Source: an uncultured Bacillales bacterium (GTDB lineage: Bacteria > Bacillota_I > Bacilli_A > RF39 > UBA660). From it: 64,000 bases of DNA. The stretch spans positions 2,999 to 66,998 of the forward strand of contig CAJLIR010000006.1 of assembly GCA_905206805.1 (NCBI GenBank), written 5' to 3'. Below the pieces are notes generated by a model, which saw nothing but the letters and a program-made list of their open reading frames with translations, did not search any database and had not been told where the DNA came from. The first letter of the stretch is position 1; each line of letters begins with the position of its first letter. The translations under genes and the position numbers were made by a program. Shown in pieces: positions 1 to 9,500 of this stretch.

Positions 1-95
1 ATTATGGCTAATTTTTTTAATAAAATAATAAAATTTGTTGATAATAATAATATATATTGTTTACATTAAATTGTGTAAAGTATATATCAATGTTA

Positions 96-125
96 TTGAC
101 AGTTTTTTTAGCAAAGATGTAAAAT
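96..125 (+). promoter_or_regulatory. sigma-A-like promoter (TTGACA, 18-nt spacer, TAAAAT) upstream of the first ORF
   Basis: TTGACA at 96-101 and TAAAAT at 120-125, followed by an AGGAGG RBS before the ATG at 149. Confidence 0.35.
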
Positions 126-148
126 AGTATTAAGCTAGGAGGAAGACT

Positions 149-373
149 ATGGATAGTTTAAGTATGCAAATTGAGGAATTAGAAAAACGCGTAAAAAGAA
201 TAACAAGATCAAAACAGAAAAAAAACATAAGTGAAGAGGTTATGCAACACTTTACTAATGTTTTAAAAGGTATTGATGAATTAAATAAGGAAATTTTGGA
301 TTATCAAGGTACTAATATCTTTTTATACGCCAAATTAAAAGATAATTTAGTTACTGATTATGTTCAATATTAA
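149..373 (+). CDS. hypothetical small coiled-coil protein (74 aa)
   Basis: ORF preceded by an AGGAGG RBS; I recognise no family. Confidence 0.45.
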   Translation: MDSLSMQIEELEKRVKRITRSKQKKNISEEVMQHFTNVLKGIDELNKEILDYQGTNIFLYAKLKDNLVTDYVQY

Positions 374-407
374 AGAATAAAAAAGGGAAATTACTTGAGG
401 TGAGTTT

Positions 408-842
408 ATGGAAAATAGTGTGATAATTAGTTCAATTAAGCCTAGAATCGATGTTTATGCTAATGCAGCTGGGGTTACTAATACTGCAATTAAAAAATAT
501 ATAAAAAATAGAATGACTAATTTAGAAACAAAAATAACTCACTTTGATTTATTAAATATAAAAAGGATGTTACAAGGTTTTGAACTAGCAATGGGAGAGA
601 AGAGAACCACAGAAAAAATGTATTTAGAAAGAGATTTAAAGTACATTGAAGATATGGATTCAAGTTTATTTTCTATTGATAAAAATAAGGGTAGAAATTT
701 TGTAAATACAATGCGACAAAGTTATGATTATTCATCAAATGGTGAATTAAATAATGTATCATCTAATAAATCAACTTACAAAACTTTAACTAAAGTAAAT
801 CATGATTCCAATGCTTATAAAATTTATTCTAACCCAAACTAA
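408..842 (+). CDS. hypothetical protein (144 aa)
   Basis: ORF with a GAGGTG RBS; ends at a bidirectional terminator hairpin. Confidence 0.5.
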   Translation: MENSVIISSIKPRIDVYANAAGVTNTAIKKYIKNRMTNLETKITHFDLLNIKRMLQGFELAMGEKRTTEKMYLERDLKYIEDMDSSLFSIDKNKGRNFVNTMRQSYDYSSNGELNNVSSNKSTYKTLTKVNHDSNAYKIYSNPN

Positions 843-872
843 AAAATACTAAGATTAATTCTTAGTATTTTT
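841..872. terminator. bidirectional rho-independent terminator between convergent genes
   Basis: Perfect 9-bp inverted repeat ATACTAAGA / TCTTAGTAT with a 5-nt loop, flanked by an A-run on one side and a T-run on the other; overlaps the rnj stop codon. Confidence 0.5.
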
Positions 873-2552
873 CTTTATATCCATAATAACGGGTAATATA
901 ATTGGTTTGCGGCCTGTTTTATCAAATATATAACTTGATAATTCAGTAATTATTTCATTTTTTATATCAGCATAATTAATTTGTTCAGTTAATTTTGAAT
1001 TAATTGCAGTTTTACTTATTTCTTCTAATTTCTTTAAAAGTTCTTCATTTTCATTAACTAAAACAAAACCTCTTGTTGTTATATTTGGTGTTCCAAGTAA
1101 TTTATTGTTTATTGTATCAATATTTGATATTACTACTACAATTCCATCATTAGACATTATTTTTCTATCACGAATAACAGCACTGCTAACATCACCAATT
1201 CTATTTCCATCAACGTAAATATCGTTGGCCTGAATGGAACCTGCTAATTTAGCAACACCATTTTTAATAGAAACAATATCACCATTTCCTAAAACAAATG
1301 TATTTTCTTTTGGAATATCGCAATCAATTGCAATATCAGCATGACTTTTTAACATTCTATATTCGCCGTGAAAAGGCATAAAATATTTTGGGTTAATAAG
1401 TCTTAACATCAGTTTTAATTCTTCTTTATTACCGTGACCAGATGTATGAATATCACTTAATGAAGTGTTAGTATAAACTGATACTCCTTTTAAGTAAAGC
1501 TTATTAATTGTTCTTGAAATACTTAAAGCATTACCTGGTATAGCAGAAGATGAGAATACTACAACATCATCATCTTGTAATTTTATTTGTTTATGTGTAC
1601 CGTTTGCAATTCTAGTTAAAGCTGCAAGTGGTTCTCCTTGACTACCTGTACATAAAATACAAACTTTATTTGCTGGTAATTTTTTACTTTCCTCTGGTGT
1701 TATAAAAATTTCTTTATGTTTTATATATCCACCTTGAATAGATATCTCAATATTTGTTTCCATACTTCTTCCAAAAGTAACTATTTTTCTACCATTTCTT
1801 TTACATGTATCAACAATATGTTTTAATCTATAAATATTTGAAGCAAATGTCGCAATTATAATACGACCACTATGTCTTTCAAAAATTTCACTCAAAGCTT
1901 CATCTACTTTTGATTCACTAACACTCATTCCCTCATTTAAGGCATTTGTACTATCACTTAATAACATTGTAACTCCACGTGAACCAATTTCAGCCATTTT
2001 GTGTAAATTAGCAACAGGTCCAATTGGTGTAAAGTCAAATTTGAAATCTCCGGTTGCAACAATTATTCCGTTTGGCGTTGTAACACAGAAACCATGTGAA
2101 TCAGGAATAGAGTGAGTTGTTCTAAAAAATTCAACTTGTATATTTTTAAATTTTACAATAGTTTTTTCCGTATAAATAAATAAATTTTTGTACCCAATAT
2201 TTTTATCTTCAAGTTTTTTTCTAATTAATCCAACAGCTTGGTTTGGAGCATATATTGCTGGAATATTAACGGTTTGTAAAAGATATGGAATTCCACCAAT
2301 ATGATCCTCGTGACCGTGTGTAATAAATAAAGCTTTAATTTTACTTTCGTTTTTCTTTAAAAATGAGAAATCTGGGATTACATAATCAACTCCCATTAAA
2401 TCTCCTTCTGGAAAAGTAATACCCGCATCAATAATTATAATTTCGTTATTATGCATTATACAATACATATTTTTACCGACTTCACCAAGTCCGCCAAGAG
2501 CAAATACTTTAGTGTCATCGCTATTAAAAAATTTCATATTAACTCCTTTCAT
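855..2552 (-). CDS. rnj: ribonuclease J (metallo-beta-lactamase / beta-CASP family RNase)
   Basis: 565 aa; HGHEDHIGG (HxHxDH) metallo-beta-lactamase motif; overall layout of Firmicutes RNase J1/J2. Confidence 0.9.
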   Translation of the reverse strand: MKGVNMKFFNSDDTKVFALGGLGEVGKNMYCIMHNNEIIIIDAGITFPEGDLMGVDYVIPDFSFLKKNESKIKALFITHGHEDHIGGIPYLLQTVNIPAIYAPNQAVGLIRKKLEDKNIGYKNLFIYTEKTIVKFKNIQVEFFRTTHSIPDSHGFCVTTPNGIIVATGDFKFDFTPIGPVANLHKMAEIGSRGVTMLLSDSTNALNEGMSVSESKVDEALSEIFERHSGRIIIATFASNIYRLKHIVDTCKRNGRKIVTFGRSMETNIEISIQGGYIKHKEIFITPEESKKLPANKVCILCTGSQGEPLAALTRIANGTHKQIKLQDDDVVVFSSSAIPGNALSISRTINKLYLKGVSVYTNTSLSDIHTSGHGNKEELKLMLRLINPKYFMPFHGEYRMLKSHADIAIDCDIPKENTFVLGNGDIVSIKNGVAKLAGSIQANDIYVDGNRIGDVSSAVIRDRKIMSNDGIVVVISNIDTINNKLLGTPNITTRGFVLVNENEELLKKLEEISKTAINSKLTEQINYADIKNEIITELSSYIFDKTGRKPIILPVIMDIKKNTKN

Positions 2553-2706
2553 TTCTGCAATCTAACTACATAATTATAACTGTTTTTTTTTACTTTGTCT
2601 AGTATTTTGATTTTAAACTAAAAATAATAACTTTTAAAATTGTAAAATCTTATATAAATACTAGAATTTTATTAATTAATAGTGTAAAATTAATAATGGT
2701 GATAGA

Positions 2707-3324
2707 ATGAAAAATATATTATCGATATTTAAGAGATTTTTTTCATATAAATGGAGTCTTAATTTTATTTCGACAATATTTAAAAATGAAAAAATGGAAA
2801 CTATATCAGATGATGGTTTTAATAAAATTGATTATGGATGTTTGACACTATCGAATTCATTTTTTGTTAAATTATGTTGCACAGTTATAATTATAATATT
2901 TGCTAATATTAATTTGGTTGATATTAAAGGTTTTAATTTGGTAGTTGAAGTGTTAAAACAAAACTTTTTTGTGCCAGTACTTTATTTATTGATTGGAATT
3001 GTTCCAAGTTTTATTATTTATACAACTAAAAAAAATAGATATGTTAAAAGATATCCACGACTTTATTATAATATGTTAATAATAGTTTTAATCTCTTTAA
3101 TTGAAGTTATATTTTCGACTATTTATTTTATTTCTAGTTTTGGTAGTTCAAAAGTTTTAATTATTGCTTCTATAATTGGTTTAATCGCTAATATAGCAAC
3201 ATTTATAGGATATTTATCTATAAGTGTTGGAATTATTGACTTTTGTATTTTTACAAATAGAGTAGCATTAGATAAAAAAGTAAGCGCTAAAACCGATTTT
3301 GGTGATTATGTTGATTATTTTTAA
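2707..3324 (+). CDS. hypothetical polytopic membrane protein
   Basis: 205 aa with several long hydrophobic segments. Confidence 0.45.
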   Translation: MKNILSIFKRFFSYKWSLNFISTIFKNEKMETISDDGFNKIDYGCLTLSNSFFVKLCCTVIIIIFANINLVDIKGFNLVVEVLKQNFFVPVLYLLIGIVPSFIIYTTKKNRYVKRYPRLYYNMLIIVLISLIEVIFSTIYFISSFGSSKVLIIASIIGLIANIATFIGYLSISVGIIDFCIFTNRVALDKKVSAKTDFGDYVDYF

Positions 3325-3337
3325 ATAGGGAGGTTAT

Positions 3338-4315
3338 ATGGGTTTTTTTGATAAATTAAAAAATGTCTTTAAAGGGCAAAGTGTAGAAGAAAAAAAAGTA
3401 ACTGATTTATATGAATCAGGATTAGAAAAAACTAGGGAAGACTTTATATTTAAGTTAAATAGTTTGAACAAAAAGTATAAAAAAGTTAGTAATGAATATT
3501 TTGAAGAATTAGAAGAAATATTAATAATGGCTGATATTGGTGTAAATACGGTTATGAATTTTGTTGATAAATTGAAAAAAAGAGTTAAATCAGAAAATAT
3601 TTTAAATGTAGAAGATTTAAAAGAAATAATTGTCGATGAAATGTTTATAATATATGTTAACAATGAAGTTATTGTTAATAAGATTAAATACGCTAAAGAA
3701 GGCCCTACAGTAATATTATTTGTAGGTGTAAACGGTGTTGGAAAGACAACTACTATTGGTAAATTAGCAAGTAAATTAAAAAATAGTGGGAAAAGTGTTT
3801 TAATGATTGCAGGTGATACCTTTAGAGCAGGTGCGGTAGAACAAATAGAAGAGTGGTCAAGCCGTGTCGGTTGTGAGGTCGTTTTTAAGGAAAATGCAGA
3901 TCCTGCCAGTGTTATTTATGACGGAGTAACGAAAGCAAAAATGGAAAATATTGATGTTGTATTAGTGGATACTGCAGGAAGGCTTCAAAATAAAACAAAC
4001 CTTATGAATGAACTTAGTAAAATTAATAAAGTAATAGGTAATATTATTCCTGATGCTCCTCATGAAACGTTACTTGTTATCGATGCTACTACAGGTCAAA
4101 ATGGAATTAGTCAGGCTAAGAGTTTTAAAGAAATTACTAATATAACTGGTATAGTACTTACAAAACTTGATGGAACTGCTAAGGGCGGAATTGTTTTGGC
4201 TATAAAAGACGAGGTAAATTTACCAGTAAAATATGTTGGTCTTGGTGAAGGCGTTAACGACTTACAGGTTTTTGATATTGAAAAATATATATATGGATTA
4301 TTTAGAGATTGGTAG
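3338..4315 (+). CDS. ftsY: signal recognition particle receptor FtsY
   Basis: GVNGVGKTTTIGKLA P-loop, DTAGR, TKLDGTAKGG SRP-GTPase motifs; NG-domain-only form of about 325 aa as in Bacillus. Confidence 0.92.
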   Translation: MGFFDKLKNVFKGQSVEEKKVTDLYESGLEKTREDFIFKLNSLNKKYKKVSNEYFEELEEILIMADIGVNTVMNFVDKLKKRVKSENILNVEDLKEIIVDEMFIIYVNNEVIVNKIKYAKEGPTVILFVGVNGVGKTTTIGKLASKLKNSGKSVLMIAGDTFRAGAVEQIEEWSSRVGCEVVFKENADPASVIYDGVTKAKMENIDVVLVDTAGRLQNKTNLMNELSKINKVIGNIIPDAPHETLLVIDATTGQNGISQAKSFKEITNITGIVLTKLDGTAKGGIVLAIKDEVNLPVKYVGLGEGVNDLQVFDIEKYIYGLFRDW

Positions 4316-4322
4316 TGATAGT

Positions 4323-4619
4323 ATGAATAGTAATTTAGAACCTTTAAAAAATAATAAAAAAGATGAACAAAAAATTAGCTTAAAACGTGTTCAAGAAATA
4401 GCACTTTTAGGACAGGCAATAACTATATTAGCAATAATTGCGTCCTTTATAATGTCTAGATATGTTGCTGAATTAACAATTTTAGTAAACATTTATTTGG
4501 TAATTTTATCATTTGTTATGGCTTATACTAGTTATTCAGTTTACAAAAGAAAAGGTATGAGTATTGTTTATATCGTATTTGGAATTATGATTTTACTAAG
4601 TATATTAGTGGGTATTTAA
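4323..4619 (+). CDS. small hydrophobic membrane protein; start uncertain (track ORF begins at 4233, overlapping ftsY)
   Basis: Two predicted TM helices. The first ATG after the ftsY stop is at 4323. No such gene is expected between ftsY and ylxM. Confidence 0.3.
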   Translation: MNSNLEPLKNNKKDEQKISLKRVQEIALLGQAITILAIIASFIMSRYVAELTILVNIYLVILSFVMAYTSYSVYKRKGMSIVYIVFGIMILLSILVGI

Positions 4620-4909
4620 TGGAAGAACAAATTTTATTAACAAACTTATATGATTATTATAAAGAATTATTAACTAATAAACAGCAAAATTATTTTGAAG
4701 AATATTATTTTAATAATTTGTCATTATCAGAAATTAGTGAAAATTATAATGTAAGTCGTAATGCAGTCCATAAACAATTAAAAGAAATATCTTCTAAATT
4801 GTTAGAATATGAAGAAAAATTAAAATTATTGAATAAATCAAAAAAAATAAAAAAATTAATAGAAAATATTGATGAAAAATTAAAAAAAGAAATAGAAAGT
4901 TTAATATAA
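4619..4909 (+). CDS. ylxM: YlxM (UPF0122) putative HTH protein of the ffh operon
   Basis: 96 aa; close resemblance to B. subtilis YlxM (LTNLYDYYKELLTNKQQNYFEEYYFNNLSLSEISENYNVSRNAVHKQLKE... versus [42 protein letters not shown]...). Confidence 0.85.
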   Translation: MEEQILLTNLYDYYKELLTNKQQNYFEEYYFNNLSLSEISENYNVSRNAVHKQLKEISSKLLEYEEKLKLLNKSKKIKKLIENIDEKLKKEIESLI

Positions 4910-4922
4910 AAAGGGTGTTAAA

Positions 4923-6677
4923 ATGTTTGGAAAAATTATATATATAAGTGATAATGTAGCGCATATTGAAATTCCAGAAGGAACTCCAATTGCTGAAAAT
5001 TTAATGAATATGCATGTTATTTTCGAAGATGAAAAAAAGAAAATATTAGGTGAAATTGAGGATATAAGCGAAAAAATCATTAAAGTAGGATTTTTGGGTG
5101 AAATAGTAAATGGTAGATTTGTTGGTGGTGTCATTAGAAAACCAACTTTATCGGCAAGAATTAGAATTATAACAAAGGAAGAATTAGCTTTAATTATTGG
5201 TGAAGATACCCCAGGAAGTATGATATTAGGTAATTCTCCATTATATGATGACTGTCAAATAAGAGTTGATATTAACGATTTATTTAGTAATCATATGGCA
5301 ATATTCGGAAATACTGGTAGTGGTAAATCTTGTGGTGTTGCAAGACTTTTACAAAATGTATTTAATAATCCTAATTTTTTGCCATATAAATCTAATTTCT
5401 TTATTTTTGATGCATATGGAGAATATCATAATGCATTTAAAGATATTAATAAAATAAATCCTAATTTACATTTTAAATATTATACAACTAATAAAACAGA
5501 AGCTGGAGAACAAAAATTAAAAATACCTTTATGGCTTTTAAATGTGGATGACTTAGCTTTATTACTTGAAGCAAGTAGTCACTCACAACTAACAATTATT
5601 GAAAAAATGTTAAAATTAGTTAAAATATTTTCACAATCAGACGAACAGTCTATTAAGTATCGTAATCATTTAATTGCAAAAGCTATTATGAATATTTTAT
5701 ATACAAATCAAACTTCTCCAAGTAAGAGAAATGACATTTTTTCTATATTAGCAACTTGTTCAACAGAACAATTTAACTTAGAAGCTCCAGTTCAAGGTAT
5801 AGGTTATGTTAGAAAATTTCGTGAATGTTTTACAATGAATAAAGATGGACAATTTACTGAAAGTATATTAGTAACAGAATATATTAGTAGTTTTATTGAT
5901 GAAGAACTTGAAAAATATGAACCAGTTAAACCTACATTCTATACATTAGAAGATATGGAAAAAGCTATGAATTTTACGCTTATTTCAGAAGGCCTTTTAA
6001 AGAATGAAAAAATGTATGATGAAGCAATTATGTTAAAGGTTAGATTACACGCTTTAGTTATAGGAGAGAATTCTGAGTATTTCAAAATGGATAGATATAT
6101 GACAGTGGAACAATACATTTCTTCGCTAGTTGCTTGTCCAGATGGAAGAAAGGCTCAAATAATTAACTTTAACTTAGAAGATATTGATGATTCTTTTGCA
6201 AAAAGTGTTACAAAAATCTATACAAGAATGTTATTTGATTTTACGAAAAGATTGAATGTCAGAGCTTCAATACCATTTCATATATTCCTAGAAGAAGCTC
6301 ATAGATATGTTCAAAATGATAATGATAAATTTTTACTTGGTTATAATATTTTTGATCGTGTTGCAAAAGAAGGAAGAAAATATGGTCTTATATTTAATTT
6401 AATTTCACAAAGACCAGTAGAAATTTCTGAAACTGTTATTTCACAATGCTCTAATTTTATAATCTTCAAAATGAACCATCCTCGTGATTTGGAGTATATT
6501 AAAAAAATGTTACCAAATATTAGTGCAGAGGTTGTTGAAAAACAAAAGAGTTTACAACCAGGTACATGTGTAGCATTTGGAAAAGCATTTAAAATTCCAA
6601 TGATTATAAAAATGCAGATGCCAAATCCTGAACCACATAGTTCAAACTGTGATGTTGTTGCAAGATGGGTTAATTAA
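4923..6677 (+). CDS. HerA-like ATPase (FtsK/HerA superfamily, DUF87-type) with an N-terminal HAS-barrel-like domain
   Basis: 584 aa; Walker A IFGNTGSGKS; Walker B / catalytic FLEEAHRY; C-terminal ISQRP...QCSNFIIFKMNHPRD, characteristic of HerA/DUF87; N-terminal beta-rich region consistent with a HAS barrel. Confidence 0.75.
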   Translation: MFGKIIYISDNVAHIEIPEGTPIAENLMNMHVIFEDEKKKILGEIEDISEKIIKVGFLGEIVNGRFVGGVIRKPTLSARIRIITKEELALIIGEDTPGSMILGNSPLYDDCQIRVDINDLFSNHMAIFGNTGSGKSCGVARLLQNVFNNPNFLPYKSNFFIFDAYGEYHNAFKDINKINPNLHFKYYTTNKTEAGEQKLKIPLWLLNVDDLALLLEASSHSQLTIIEKMLKLVKIFSQSDEQSIKYRNHLIAKAIMNILYTNQTSPSKRNDIFSILATCSTEQFNLEAPVQGIGYVRKFRECFTMNKDGQFTESILVTEYISSFIDEELEKYEPVKPTFYTLEDMEKAMNFTLISEGLLKNEKMYDEAIMLKVRLHALVIGENSEYFKMDRYMTVEQYISSLVACPDGRKAQIINFNLEDIDDSFAKSVTKIYTRMLFDFTKRLNVRASIPFHIFLEEAHRYVQNDNDKFLLGYNIFDRVAKEGRKYGLIFNLISQRPVEISETVISQCSNFIIFKMNHPRDLEYIKKMLPNISAEVVEKQKSLQPGTCVAFGKAFKIPMIIKMQMPNPEPHSSNCDVVARWVN

Positions 6678-7438
6678 TGAACGATAAATTATTGATACAT
6701 ATTCCTCATTCTAGTTTAAATTTTCCTAAGTTATTTTTGACTCGTGTTAATGATTTAGAAAAAGTTAACTCTGAAAATATTTTTATATCAGATTATTTGA
6801 TTGACCAATTTATACCAAATGATGATGTAAATATTATTAAATTTAATTATTCTAGATTATTTTGTGATGTAGAAAGATTTAAAAATGATTCAGATGAACC
6901 TATGTCAAAATATGGCATGGGTTCTGTTTATTACTTAGATTCTAATGGTTATAAGTTTATTGATTATGATGAAGTTTATAAAAGAGAGGTTATTTGTAAC
7001 TATTATGATAATCATCATAAAAAATTAGATAGTATGGTTACTGATATTTTAAATAAAAATAATATTTGCTATATTTTGGATTTACATAGTTTTTCTGATT
7101 TGTTTGTTAATAAAATGTTTAATTATAATGATACTCCAGATATATGTATTGGTGTTGAGGATGGAAAAACTGATTTAGAATTACTTAATATAACTATTAA
7201 TCACTTTAAGGAATTCAATTATTCGGTTAAAATTAATTTTCCATATAAAGGTAGCATAATACCTAATAAATATTATTCAGCGAATGATAATAGAATAAAA
7301 ACAATGATGATAGAGATAAATAAAAGAATATATTTAGAAAATAATTGTGTACCTGATAAGAAAAAATATAAAAAATTAAAAAAATGTATGAATTTATATT
7401 ATATAAAATTAAATGATTATTTACAAAAAAATAAATAG
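6677..7438 (+). CDS. N-formylglutamate amidohydrolase (FGase)-family zinc hydrolase-like protein
   Basis: 253 aa; N-terminal HIPHSS, SRLFCDVERF (compare the family SR..D.NR motif), YILDLHSF (compare the DLHS motif), NFPYKG; translationally coupled to the HerA-like gene (TAATG overlap). Confidence 0.55.
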   Translation: MNDKLLIHIPHSSLNFPKLFLTRVNDLEKVNSENIFISDYLIDQFIPNDDVNIIKFNYSRLFCDVERFKNDSDEPMSKYGMGSVYYLDSNGYKFIDYDEVYKREVICNYYDNHHKKLDSMVTDILNKNNICYILDLHSFSDLFVNKMFNYNDTPDICIGVEDGKTDLELLNITINHFKEFNYSVKINFPYKGSIIPNKYYSANDNRIKTMMIEINKRIYLENNCVPDKKKYKKLKKCMNLYYIKLNDYLQKNK

Positions 7439-7482
7439 TTCAAAATTCTATATTGTTTCATATACTATATACGAGGTGTTAT

Positions 7483-7929
7483 ATGAAATACAGAGAAATT
7501 TTAAATAAAATATATTCTAATTATAAAAAAAATGATAAGTTTGATTTAAATAGTTTTATAAAATTTTACAAAGAAAATAATACTAAAATTGTTAAGTTTA
7601 AAATGTTTGACAATATAGATGGTATTATTGTTGACCAAAATCATTTAATATTTATATATTTTAAAGATAAAGAGTCGATGGTTTTTAGTAAAGCACATAT
7701 TGTATTTGATAGTAGAGCTATAATATATAATTGTGTATTAAATAATGGTGATATTGAATATCAAGAAACTATTGGAAGAGATTTTAGAAAAAGAGAGGAT
7801 ATTTATAACTTTAATGATATAGATATTGTAATTAATGATAATTTGCTTGATGAAGAATTTGAACATACAATAGAGAATATTGAATACTTAAGTTATCAAA
7901 AAAATAAACAAAAAAGGCTTAAAATATAG
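7483..7929 (+). CDS. hypothetical protein (148 aa), third gene of the inserted cassette
   Basis: ORF with a GAGGTG RBS and start at 7483 (track ORF starts at 7453); no recognisable domain. Confidence 0.5.
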   Translation: MKYREILNKIYSNYKKNDKFDLNSFIKFYKENNTKIVKFKMFDNIDGIIVDQNHLIFIYFKDKESMVFSKAHIVFDSRAIIYNCVLNNGDIEYQETIGRDFRKREDIYNFNDIDIVINDNLLDEEFEHTIENIEYLSYQKNKQKRLKI

Positions 7930-7973
7930 TCTTTTTTTTAATTTTATTATATAATTTAAAAAGGTGATTATAA

Positions 7974-9281
7974 ATGTTTGAAAATTTAGGAGATAGATTA
8001 CAAAACGCTATTAATAAAATAAAGGGTTATGGGAAAATAACTGAAGAAAATATTAGTGAAGTTACAAGAGAAATAAGACTTGCATTATTAGAGGCTGATG
8101 TTAATTATAAAGTTGTAAAAGAATTTATAAATAATGTTAAAGAAAAAGCATTAGGTGAAGAAGTTCAGAAAAGTTTAAGACCTAGTGAATTATTTGTTAA
8201 AATTGTAAAAGATGAATTAGTTGATTTATTAGGTGGTAATTCAGAACCAATTAATACTACTGGTAATCCCGCTATATTAATGCTTGTGGGATTACAAGGA
8301 AGTGGTAAAACTACTACTATAGCAAAATTAGCCAATTTTTTAAGAAAAAAATACAATAAAAAACCATTACTTGTAGCATGTGATGTATATAGACCTGCCG
8401 CAATTGATCAATTAAAGCAACTTGGTAGAGAACTTAATATTGAAGTATATTCAGAAGGAAAGGAAGATCCCGTAAAAATTTCGAGTAATGCTGTTAACTA
8501 TGCTAAAGAAAATGGTTTTAATTATGTTTTAGTAGATACTGCAGGTAGATTACATATTGATGAATTGTTAATGCAAGAACTTGAAAATATTACAAATAGT
8601 ATTAATCCTCAAGAAACAATTTTAGTAATTGATAGTATGATGGGACAAGATGCTATAAATGTAATTGAAGGTTTTAATTCAAAATTAAAATTAACAGGAG
8701 CAATTTTAACAAAATTAGATGGAGATACTAGGGGTGGGGTTGCCTTATCGGTAAGACACTTGACTAATGTTCCAATTAAATTTATTGGTATTAGTGAAAA
8801 AATGGATGGATTAGAAGAATTTCATCCTGATAGAATGGCTACTCGTATTCTTGGTATGGGCGATTTAATGACTATGATTGAAAAGGCTGAATCTGTTATT
8901 GATCAAGACGAAGTTATGAATACAGCTAAAAAAATGCAAAAGGGAAATTTTGATTTAGAAGATTTCTTAAGTCAATTAAAACAAATAAAAAAAATGGGCC
9001 CACTTGAAAATTTAATAAAGTTAATTCCTGGTGCTAAAAAAATGGGATTAAATAATGTTCAAATTAATCCTAAGGATATGGCTCATTTAGAAGCAATAAT
9101 TTTATCTATGACACCTAAGGAAAGAAAGCATCCTGAAATAATTAAGGCAAGTAGAAAAATTAGAATTGCTAAAGGTTCAGGTAGAAGTGTTGAGGAAGTA
9201 AATAGGCTTTTAAAGCAATTTGAACAAATGAAAACTATGATGAAACAATTTAAAAATGGAAATTTTAAAATGCCATTTTAG
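7974..9281 (+). CDS. ffh: signal recognition particle protein Ffh
   Basis: GLQGSGKTTT P-loop, DTAGR, TKLDGDTRGG; C-terminal Met-rich M domain (MKTMMKQF). Confidence 0.93.
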   Translation: MFENLGDRLQNAINKIKGYGKITEENISEVTREIRLALLEADVNYKVVKEFINNVKEKALGEEVQKSLRPSELFVKIVKDELVDLLGGNSEPINTTGNPAILMLVGLQGSGKTTTIAKLANFLRKKYNKKPLLVACDVYRPAAIDQLKQLGRELNIEVYSEGKEDPVKISSNAVNYAKENGFNYVLVDTAGRLHIDELLMQELENITNSINPQETILVIDSMMGQDAINVIEGFNSKLKLTGAILTKLDGDTRGGVALSVRHLTNVPIKFIGISEKMDGLEEFHPDRMATRILGMGDLMTMIEKAESVIDQDEVMNTAKKMQKGNFDLEDFLSQLKQIKKMGPLENLIKLIPGAKKMGLNNVQINPKDMAHLEAIILSMTPKERKHPEIIKASRKIRIAKGSGRSVEEVNRLLKQFEQMKTMMKQFKNGNFKMPF

Positions 9282-9285
9282 AAAA

Positions 9286-9320
9286 AGATTAAATGAAAAT
9301 TTCATTTAATCTTTTTATTT
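9286..9320 (+). terminator. rho-independent terminator after ffh
   Basis: Perfect 13-bp stem AGATTAAATGAAA / TTTCATTTAATCT followed by TTTTATTT. Confidence 0.7.
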
Positions 9321-9500
9321 ATATTGATTACTTATTGATTTATAAACATCGGTTATATTAGTAATGTGTTTATATCATTTATGTAATTTTTTATAAAATT
9401 AATGCTTTTTATATATTTTTTATAATAAATAAAATTAACAAGGCAAATCACATATTCAAAAAAATTCAATCGACATATCATAAAGTAGATAAGGGGGAAT

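Noticed and set aside
4233-4619. Long form of the small membrane ORF overlapping the last 80 nt of ftsY
   Set aside because: The overlap with a highly conserved gene end and the lack of an RBS make the 4233 start unlikely. I reported a shorter version from 4323 at low confidence instead.
3334-8356. Internal or antisense ORFs 3334-3663(-), 4901-5134(-), 5266-5457(+), 8165-8356(-)
   Set aside because: Embedded in or opposite well-supported genes (ftsY, the HerA-like gene, ffh); AT-rich low-complexity translations; no RBS.
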